Source: Octopus vulgaris
Taxonomy: Eukaryota
Assembly (NCBI GenBank): GCA_951406725.2
Contig: OX597816.1
Location: forward strand, 104,656,001-104,720,000
DNA: 64,000 bases
Reading direction: 5' to 3'
The position numbers were made by a program, and so were the translations under genes. Each line of letters opens with the position of its first letter. Position 1 is the first letter of the stretch. The notes beneath the pieces are model-generated. The model ran no database searches. It was given only the letters and a program-made list of their open reading frames with translations, and was not told the origin of the DNA. This document shows, piece by piece, positions 54,275 through 64,000 of the stretch.

Positions 54275-55643
54275 GTATGTATGTATGTATAGATATTGAT
54301 CACATGATTCATTATGAATCTCGGCATATCAGCAAGTAAGACGCCATGACTGGCTGGATGATCAGTACTGGGCTCACAGTAATGTAAAGCAGCCCTAGTT
54401 GTCATTTGTTAGTTGTATACGGCAGGTATGTGTGCATACCTGCACACACAACATACAGACACAAATAGACACATATACACACATGCACACACACACCCTT
54501 GCAAAAATACACACACATACACACGCACACCCATACACATATATGTATACATATAAACATAATTGTCAAATCCAATATAAACCGTAGATCCCGCCCAGAG
54601 TTGGTTCTATGTATAACGTATGTATAAAAAATCAAACAGGCGTAGTTCAGAATTCACAACTGTTTCAGTAGCATTTTATTGATGCATTCTTAGATTACAT
54701 GATACCAAAGACCCACTGTTATCAGGTAAATATTAAATCGATATACAAACATGGTAACTCCATAGTCTGACACCAACTTTAAAGATGAACACTTGTTCAT
54801 TATGGTAGTTGGTTTATCTTTGGGTTTGATGGGCCGTTGCTGGAGTTTCTCTTATGCCAGGAAGGTTGCACCATAAATATTATCATTTACTTTGTATACT
54901 ATGTATACTTTTATCGCCTTTCATCATCTTTTCCATTTCTGTTTACTCATCATTTTATGAAAATCCTCATACAAACTACTGTATGTCCTTGTGATATTCC
55001 ACTTATTATACCTCTGTGGCAAATAAAAGAAATTAATAATATTCTTTTGTTATGGATTTCTTTACCTTGTGTCTCGTTTGTATTATTCTATTCCCTACTA
55101 AATTTTTGAAAAATGTTGCATCTGTTTTATAAAATGCATTTTCACAATTTTCCATAAGAATATTACCGTGTATTCAAATATATTGTGTTATTCGCACACT
55201 AAGTTTGATTTTGGAGGTGGGACTTTTACCGTGAACATATTTCTCCATAGAGTATACATTTTGGAATTTTCTCGAACATCATACTAACAATACTGCCAGT
55301 GCTTTTCATTCTGTACCGGCGTAGAATATCTTTTGTACTTACAACATTCACTCCAAATTTTCAAGCTCACTTCTATAATCTCCCCAAGGGATACGTAGAA
55401 TTGATCGAAGATGATGTTACAGAAAAAACCACCAGATATTTAACATGTACTGAATGTAATTGCTATATTTTACAGCTATACAACAAGTGGAACAAAAAAA
55501 GTATTAATTCATTAAGACCATAAACAAGATTGTAGTTTTCCAAACAGTATATTGTATTATCAGAATACTATCTCCTGCAAAACGATGAATTACCTCTCTT
55601 CTCATACATATGTGGTTATAAATTTAGATTATATCCCATGTAG

Positions 55644-55683
<40 letters not shown>

Positions 55684-55690
<7 letters not shown>

Positions 55691-55802
55691 ATCACGTGAC
55701 CGACCAGACCATCAGATGTTGTTACACATCGCTGGTCACAATGCGTTCGCATTGTTTTAGCCTTCGAATGACGCCACCCCGCTGGCTAAGCGAGCAGGCC
55801 AG
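55684..55802. repeat. Short GC-rich, hairpin-rich insert between (TA)n tracts
   Basis: GACCAG/CTGGTC, GATGT/ACATC, CAATGCG/CGCATTG and TTAGCC/GGCTAA stems within 120 bp. Confidence 0.5.
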
Positions 55803-56105
55803 TATATATATATATATAATTTCAACAATTGAGGGTAAAATTAATTAATTATTAATCAATTTCACCAAGTATTCAGTATGTAAAGGGACCATTTAAGGCG
55901 AATTCAAATTATTACATTATATAAAAGGGCTTAGTAAAATAAATTACTTTGCCACATACTGAACTCATTAGAAATAGTAGCTAAAAAAACTTTTTTAAAA
56001 CTATTTCTAATACTTAAAGAAAATCTCTCTCATATAGTGTTTGCTCAATTCAACTCACGAAAGTATGGGGGTAAAGACATTAAAAAATCAAATGCAAAGG
56101 TTATA

Positions 56106-56157
56106 TGAGAACGTACGTTTCAAGATTAGTCAACTCGACATTTCTATCATCAGCTCA
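56106..56157 (-). ncRNA. Minimal type I hammerhead ribozyme
   Basis: UGAG-CUGAUGA-UAGAAAUGUCGAGUUGACUAAUCUU-GAAA-CGUACG-UU/CUCA; palindromic stem III ACGUACGU. Confidence 0.7.
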
Positions 56158-56664
56158 GAACTCCTTGGTTTGGATTTGAAAACACTGAAAGTGGGAGCAT
56201 ACCCTTTCGGCTTCTTATCGCTTCTGAAGATCTGCTCGAAACTAACAGTGCCAGCAAACCCAAAATATGCAAGCGAAGAATTTCTGCTCTCCCCTTTCCA
56301 CCAGCGTGGGTTAAAATCAGTAAACACTATGCTTTTTCGGTAAAATCCGAAGCATTAAATAGAAAGAGATGAATTATAATTTCAACAATTGAGGGTAAAA
56401 TTAATTAATTATTAATCAATTTCACCAAGTATTCAGTATGTAAAGGGACCATTTAAGGCGAATTCAAATTATTACATTATATAAAAGGGCTTAGTAAAAT
56501 ATATTACTTTGCCACATACTGAACTCATTAGAAATAGTAGCTAAAAAAACTTTTTAAAACTATTTCTAATACTTAAAGAAAGTCTCTCTCATATAGTGTT
56601 TGTTCAATTCAACTCACGAAAGTATGGGGGTAAAGACATTAAAAAATCAAATGCAAAGGTTATT

Positions 56665-56716
56665 TGAGAACGTACGTTTCAAGATTAGTCAACTCGACAT
56701 TTCTATCATCAGCTCA
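56665..56716 (-). ncRNA. Minimal type I hammerhead ribozyme (second copy)
   Basis: Identical to 56106-56157, offset by 559 bp. Confidence 0.7.
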
Positions 56717-57174
56717 GAACTCCTTGGTTTGGATTTGAAAACACTGGAAAGTGAGAGCATACCCTTTCGGCTTCTTATCGCTTCTGAAGATCTGCTCGAA
56801 ACTAACAGTGCCACGCTTAACTATGAGTTAACTGAATCTTACAGCAGAAACTGCTGAAAGTTAATGAAGTTCATAATATAGCTATCGTTTTTTCCTGTCA
56901 TCTCTATTTCATGGCAACTCTCCATCCAAGGCCACCACCTACCCTGTCATGCGGTCAATGCTCAAGACTGTTCCATTCCCTACTTGGCCTTCAGAGCCCT
57001 GTCATGTTTAAGCATCATAGAGGCACCAGATGAATCAAACTTGGACACCAGTGGTGTCGACAACGATGTATATATACATACATACATAATACATGCATAC
57101 ATACATACATACATACATACATACATACATACATACATACATACATACATACATACATACATACATACATACAA

Positions 57175-57510
57175 ACATAGAAGAAAAAGGTATGTTCTGT
57201 TGTGGAAATTTGGTGCTCTCTGGATACCAATTTGATTCGAAAGATACGAGAAGAAGAGGGCATCTATGGACCATTTATTAGATGCTTGCAAATCCAGTAC
57301 CAAAGATACATTTCAGTTTCAAACCAGCCCGTCTGGAGCACGCAAATCCTTATTTCACACACTTCAAACGATCATGATATCTGGGAGTATTAAAACCTGC
57401 AAGCCTTTAATATTTAAAGAATGATAAGCAAAACCAGATGCTTTCCGTTACAACTTTGCTACCAAGTCGGTAGCCGGTCAAAGTTTACTCCAATTTTAAA
57501 AGAGAAGGGC
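57175..57510 (+). mobile_element. R4/Dong-like RLE 3' fragment inside (TACA)n
   Basis: CSVVEIWCSLDTNLIRKIREEEGIYGPFIRCLQIQY resembles the RLE C-terminus (VEISCPxDxN...KExxYGPL). Confidence 0.55.
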
Positions 57511-57544
57511 ATATATTCATGCATATGTACATACATACATACAT

Positions 57545-58312
57545 GAGAAAAGTTAGTCCCCCAAACCCCCAACCTGTGCATCAACGGTCACACAAAGAAT
57601 GTTACATGTACATAGACATAAACGAAAATACGAAGATACTGTGAATGAAGATAGAGTGACCCGAGGATATTACACTAGACTTAGGAAACTTTGGCAGTCG
57701 GGAATCTCTTCTTAGACAAAACAATATCCCACAATTCATTTTCAGTACCAGTGCTGATCCATCATTTGGGATACTTGATTGGTCTGTAGAGGAAATCCAC
57801 TCCATAGATATCAAAACCCGCAAAATCCTGACAACAACAAAGAACTTCCACAGGAATAGTGATGTTGGCAGGCTCTACCTAAGAAGTAACGAAGGTGGTA
57901 GAGGCCTCAGATCGGGTGCAGACGGCCTTCGAATGCTGTATGGTATGACTCAGGCAGCACCTGCTAAACAACAGCAGCAAAAATATGAATGCAGTGCTGA
58001 AAAGTGAAGTGGGCAAAATTGTACGACTTGGTAGTGAGCCCCTCAAGAAGCACTCTCTTCCTGAAGAGCTCCTATACAGCCCCAACACAGCTGGGTTATC
58101 TTGCCTCAGAGAAGACCTAGATGGAAAGCACTCAGCATAAAAAAACAAAAAAGACTATGCATGGGTATGTTGCCTGGAAGCTAGAAGAAGACAGCAGAAT
58201 TGACACGAAGCGCAGCCTCTCTTGGACGCAAGAACACTATATCACATCACACTTTGAAGGCTATGCGTTTGCAATCCAGGAAGATGAGATTTTCACAAAG
58301 TACCTGGTAGAA
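57545..58312 (+). mobile_element. R4/Dong-clade LINE internal fragment (post-RT region)
   Basis: YYTRLRKLWQS, SFGILDWSVEEIHSIDIKTRKIL, NFHRNSDVGRLYLRSNEGGRGL, HGYV, SHFEGYAFAIQEDEIFTKYL. Confidence 0.88.
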
Positions 58313-58354
58313 CGGTACTTATATATATATATATGTATGTATATATATAAGTAA

Positions 58355-58443
<89 letters not shown>

Positions 58444-58476
58444 TGTGTGTGCGTGTGTGTGTGTGTGTTTGTGTGT

Positions 58477-58712
58477 GGAGGCGTGTGGCTTAGTGGTTAG
58501 GGTGTCAGCACCATGATCATAAGATTGTGGTTTCGATTCCTGGACTGATCGACGCGTTGTGTTCTTGAGCAAAACACTTCATTTCACGTTGCTCCAGTCC
58601 ACACAGCTGGCAAAAATGAGTAACGCTGCGATGGACTGTCGTCCCGTTCAGCTGGGGAACACATCCGCCATAGAAAGCGGGAAACCGGGCCCATGAGCCT
58701 GGCTAGGCTTTA
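58477..58712 (+). mobile_element. tRNA-derived SINE
   Basis: A box TGGCTTAGTGG, B box TTTCGATTCC, central domain shared with 19254-19586. Confidence 0.8.
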
Positions 58713-58764
58713 TTTATTTGTTATATATATAGAAATATATACACTATAAATTAACATAGTCATT

Positions 58765-59535
58765 AATGCCCGCAAAACCCTTATTTCTTTTAAGGACAAA
58801 CTCTGGTACAGGGTCAATCACCATAACAATACCAATGACCATAGTAATGTTTTTGACATTACCATGGAATCATCTGACTCCGCCCAGATAACCGACCTAG
58901 TTGGACCAGACATACTCCACCAGCACCAAATACATTTCCCTAACCTCAAGGGAGGCCTCTACAGAGATGACGCCTAGCTAGTTACCAAGAGGTTAAATAA
59001 ATCCTCATTAGAACGAGCTAGATCCGTATATCTGACCTCCCTTCAACTGAGGAGATATTCAATAACCACGTACCATATTACAACCAAGCCCTCGCTGCCA
59101 GTAACTTCTCCCAACAAATAAAATATATCCCTAATACCAGTCTCAAACAACATATAGCTCAAATCCCATCGCAACGACACACCAACCATCATAATCAAAA
59201 CAGACCACATATACACTTTGATAGAACTCCGGAAGATCTCCCATTAAGATAACCGAGACCCTTACACGCACACATATAACACCAGGTCAAAAGCTAAAAA
59301 CAGCTAAGAATAATGCTACCCCACTCCATTTTCCAAAAATATAGATAGCACTACCCCGAAGCACCCCAAAAAATTTGATGGACGCTCTATTCTATGGTAT
59401 ACACTCCCCTTATCATTTAATGTTCAGAACTTAGCTAAATCTTTCTTTAATATACTGGACTCCATCTTTCCTCGTCAACATAAATATTACTCTATCTTTA
59501 ATAGACCCACCCTGCAACTACCCTATTCTACCCTT
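58765..59535 (+). mobile_element. Penelope-like RT/linker remnant
   Basis: ARKTLISFKDKLW, FDITMESSDSAQITDLVG (motif B), GLYRDD (motif C), ILWYTLPLSFNVQNLAKSFFNILDSIFPRQHKYYSIFNR (PLE linker). Confidence 0.85.
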
Positions 59536-59544
59536 ACCCTAACA

Positions 59545-60114
59545 TCATGGTGTTTGGAGTGAACATTAGTGATGGCGACCTTATGCCTCCACACTGTCTT
59601 TCCACACAGTCTCAAATTCAACACGGAGGCCTACATCAATTGTCTGGTGAAAGTAGTGCAGCCCATTGCCATGATGATGGCTGCTGGGAAACCCTAAGTC
59701 TGACAACAGGACTCTGCACTGTGACACACAAGCAGGAGAACCCAGTCATGGCTGTCAGACAATTTCGGCGACCACACCAACCCTAACATTTGGCCATCTA
59801 ACTCCCCAGACCGCAACCCCCTTGATTATTATGTGTGAGGCGCAGTTCAACGAGGGACCAACAAAACTCCTGGTAACACCAAAGATGAACGAAAGGATTA
59901 TGGCAGCATTCACCAACTTAAACAAGAAAACCGTCCAGAAATGTTGCAGGAGATTACGAAATCTGGAGGCCGTGTTTGAGGCCAATGGCGATTTTATTGA
60001 ATACATTTACTCTTTAGTATCTTCGTGTAATCTTGGTAAATATATCTATTAAAATATGATGTCAGTCTTATTTTTACATCATAATGTAGACGACAGATTA
60101 TTCTCTGCACCCTG
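59545..60114 (+). mobile_element. Tc1/mariner-superfamily (maT/Tc1-like) 3' half with right TIR
   Basis: MVFGV..SDGDLMPP, QDSAL, WPSNSPDRNPLDYYV (SPDLNPLD motif), [13 protein letters not shown]; ends ...TCTCTGCACCCTG followed by TA. Confidence 0.85.
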
Positions 60115-60142
60115 TATATATCTATACACATATACACACACA

Positions 60143-60426
<284 letters not shown>

Positions 60427-60429
60427 CGT

Positions 60430-60590
60430 AATTCCATACGGCGGGGTTCTTTCAGTTCCTGTCTATCAAATCGGCTCACAAAACTTTGGTCAGCCCGAGA
60501 CTATAGTAGTAGACAATTTCCCAATGTGACATGCAGTGCGAGTGAAACTCGAACCATATAGTTAACAAACCTCTTTCTTGTTAGCCACAC
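60430..60590 (-). mobile_element. SINE fragment (same family as 13449)
   Basis: GGGTTCTTTCAGTTCCTGTCTATCAAATCGGCTCACAAAACTTTGGTC is the complement of the 13449 body. Confidence 0.65.
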
Positions 60591-61404
60591 ATACATACAT
60601 ACATACATACATACATACATACATACATACATACATACATACATACATACATACATACATACATACATACATGATGTAGGTTTATACTGTCATAGAGACA
60701 AAAATACATAACGAATGTATATAATGCATATATATTAGTTTGAACACTATATTAAATACATACAAAAAGATGGATTCGTCTGAACTGACTCCAGCATATT
60801 TTTAGTATTGTGTTTTTCGAGTAGTGAACAGAAGATAAAGACCATTCCTCTGACATTCGTAAAATACAAATAATCTCAAATCTACATGCTGAAAAAGTTA
60901 AGCTAGTAAATCTAATGTTTCTATCAACTACTTCGCATATTTATATGCATAAGTGTAATATGAGTGAATGTACTGTGTGAGAAGATCGTATGTTAATGTG
61001 CAGGTGCGTTCGTGTTTTAGTATGCGTAAATGTGTGCTTATGCGTGCCTTTGAACGAATAGTTATGCTTGTTCAGATCATAGAGCTGAAAATAAACTGTA
61101 ATTACTTATAATGTATCTTGTATCAGATAAAACTAAACATAAGCTTCCTAGTTAACAAACAACTCAGACAGTTGTTACAAACTTCCATGTGGCGTCTTGT
61201 ATCTATAGTATTTGTCATCTAAACAGGAAAATATTTTTTTTTAAATATACATATTACCAACAACAACTGCAACAATACTACTAATGCTAGTAATAATAAT
61301 AATAATAACAATAATAGAGCATCACAACAAATCACAGCACATACCCAAGGCACACAGAGCTGCGCTCGGTAGTGAAGTGAAAGCACGCTATAAAAATAAA
61401 ACTA

Positions 61405-61486
<82 letters not shown>

Positions 61487-61649
61487 GTATAAAATAAATA
61501 TAACGATATGTATTTACGAATGTTTGTTGTATCATCATGTTATATTGTGCTAATGATGTCTTTCTGCTGTTACAAAAGAATTATATACTATTTATATAGG
61601 TGAGATACTCATTATACTCTACTGGCTTTAACGTTGACGTCAGTGCTTT

Positions 61650-62240
61650 TGTTATTATCATCGATTTGACTCAGGTTCGTTCTTATTCCTGGTAGAACTT
61701 ATGCGGGAAGCGGGTTACTACCTGTAACCTTAGATTGCCACAATCTTTCAATAGTCTTTCAAGTACTTAAGATAATCTTTCCTGTTCCTACGAGGCAAAC
61801 TTTCTGTAGAAGTTCCACAGGGCATTCTATTCCAATCTCCTTCAACTACTTGTCTATGTCTTCTTAGTATTTCAAATTTAAAAGGATTGTATTTTTTTGT
61901 TTTTCGTCTTCTTCCATTACGATCCTCGAATCAAACGGACATGGTGGATCATTTAGTATGCAACTTCGCTTTTCCTTGTCTATTATTATGTCTGGTCTAT
62001 CATTTTCTAGTTTCTTGTCTGTTTGAATAGGAAAGTCACACAGAATCTATCAATTCTCTGACTCAGCACTCTTTCGACTCGATGTTCATACCTTGTGTCT
62101 CCAAATTCATATCCCCATTTCGGGCAAAGCTTCCGGGGTAAAATTTTTACTACTTGGTCCTGCATCTTATACACATCCTGCAACTATATGTGCCACTGTC
62201 TCGTCCCAATTTCTACAGATTCAACATTTTTCTGACATTC
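61650..62240 (-). mobile_element. R4/Dong-clade LINE 3' fragment (CCHC knuckle + RLE), (TAA)n-associated
   Basis: Minus strand ICRNWDETVAHIVAGC and ILCDFPIQTDKKLENDRPDIIIDKEKRSCILNDPPCPFDSR. Confidence 0.85.
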
Positions 62241-62280
62241 TTCCCATATCAAGATAAACAGCGCACTATTATTATTATTA

Positions 62281-62311
<31 letters not shown>

Positions 62312-62312
<1 letters not shown>

Positions 62313-62752
62313 GAGTGAAATAGTAGCATGCCATCAAAGTGTCACTAGGATAAAAATATACGTCCAGTATACTCATCATGACTACCCGTCTGATAAGTGT
62401 ACATCAGACACAGGCATCAAATGGTGATCTCATATCAAAATAAACAGCGCATGATCTTGCAGGTAGGGCCCAGTTAGAATTTTCTTCAGGTCGAGTATCC
62501 CATCCCGCCCAAAAGATCCCTGAATAAGGATTGCTTATAGGATGTTGAACGAAACACCCACGTTTCCAAAGGTGAATTATTCAAACCCCAAAGAATTTCT
62601 CTCAACACATGGCTATGATTCTCCTCCACTACTTCTGCTCGTGATCAGAGATGCACATATCGTCAGCCACAAAGGGACATGCTCAACTGGTTATGGTCAA
62701 ATAATAGACAAGCAAATCTATGGTATTGAGCAGAATATTTACTGTAGCCCAT
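62312..62752 (-). mobile_element. Interspersed repeat ending in (AAT)n, probably a LINE 3' UTR or non-autonomous derivative
   Basis: GC-richer block abutting (TTA)n; its CATATCAARATAAACAGCGCA motif is duplicated at ~62245. Confidence 0.4.
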
Positions 62753-62814
62753 TATTATTTTAACTGTTGTTGTTGCTGTTGTTGTGGTTGTTGTTCTTAT
62801 GACAGCATTTTACG

Positions 62815-62950
62815 ATGAAGTTTCAAATCCTGCGGTGTCAACTTTGCCTTTCATTCTTTCGGGGGTGATAAAATAACATACATGACATGTGCTGGGGTCC
62901 AGGTTATCCACTAATTCCCATCAGCTCAAAACAGTTGAACTAGTACCGAA
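62815..62950 (+). mobile_element. SINE fragment with (AGT)n tail
   Basis: TTCAAATCCTGCGGTGTCAACTTTGCCTTTCATTCTTTCGGGG. Confidence 0.65.
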
Positions 62951-63343
62951 AGTAGTAGTAGTAGTAGTAGTAGTAACATATTTGCCTGCTTTACGTCATT
63001 TTCCAACGACAAACAAAAAATATCCTGCATCAGTTCCTAAAACAAAGTATAATGTGACACAGTAACACCCAAGTGAAATTAATATGTGTCTGTAGATGTA
63101 TATGTAAATACATAAGTGTGTGTGAGTGTCTGTATGTGTGTGTGTAATTTAAATAAGTAACAATAGTATGTTAACTTAAGCATTATCTATTTTACTCTAG
63201 TGTAGTTTTTTGCACGAATCCGCTACAGGTGCACGACATCATAGCAAGGTTGTATGTAATTAACATACATCAAACAGTAACTGATTGTACAGCGATTTCT
63301 ATCTAATAGAAAAAATGCAAACAGCTTTTTTCAGTAGTTTTCA

Positions 63344-63485
<142 letters not shown>

Positions 63486-64000
63486 GTATTTTATACTTTC
63501 TAGCACTTTCTATTCATTCTCACATTGTTTTTATATTGTGCTCTTTATTATATATTTATGAACAGATTACATGAATACATAAATCTTTCTGCATATTTAC
63601 GTATCAATATTCATTCCCGTACGTGTGTGTCTGTGGCAGTGTGCAAGTATATGTTCATATCTGCATAGATATCTGTAAATATATATACACACATATATAT
63701 ATATATATATAAGTGTATATATTTATATAAACATATATATATATAAATCATATATAGGGGTGTTCATACGTGTGTGTGTATGTCTGTGTGTGCGTGTGTG
63801 TGTACATACATATGAATACCCATGCATATTCATTAACATATGAACACGTATACATACCTCTGCTATGTGTCTTTAATCACTATAAACGAGATGTATAATA
63901 ATAACCAAAAGTAAAATGAAAACTAAAAGCTACGTTATTTTTATTTCACATTATCCATTTTCTTATTTATGTATGCGTATTTCGTCTACTTCCTGTTTAT

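Larger units (their letters stand above)
55815..56813 (-). mobile_element. Retrozyme/PLE-pLTR-like tandem: two ~438-bp direct repeats, each with an HHR, and a 121-bp spacer
   Basis: 55815-56253 and 56375-56813 are nearly identical; the 3' end (minus strand) abuts (TA)n; no credible protein. Confidence 0.85.

Noticed and set aside
55850-55975. Second HHR-like arrangement (CTAATGA, TTCAGTATGT/ACATACTGAA stem) in the tandem repeat
   Set aside because: G5 is missing, there are extra bases before GAAA and no stem I; only the hairpin is supported.

Overview
AT-rich, microsatellite-dense animal DNA with no recognisable intact host protein-coding gene. The repeat content (tRNA-derived SINEs, (TA)n/(TACA)n/(TAA)n arrays, Penelope-like and R4/Dong-like LINE debris) resembles octopus/cephalopod intergenic or intronic sequence; this assignment is an inference. 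Most ORFs in the track are microsatellite read-throughs. Recognisable elements are degenerate mariner/Tc1 and Tigger (pogo) transposons, a Tigger-type MITE, four Penelope-like (PLE) RT/GIY-YIG remnants, several R4/Dong-clade RLE LINE fragments and many SINEs. The most notable signal is a set of type I hammerhead-ribozyme (HHR) motifs from several sequence-unrelated short elements next to (TA)n tracts. Three of them are DNA fold-back palindromes: 19.85-20.02 kb, 42.26-42.40 kb, and a nearly perfect spacer-less 468-bp palindrome at 51.82-52.29 kb with an HHR on each strand. Another is a retrozyme-like direct-repeat tandem at 55.8-56.8 kb. A fold-back of a tiny LTR plus a tRNA-Ser-type primer-binding site sits at 1.9-2.14 kb. 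All structures were read by eye; no folding or database search was run.
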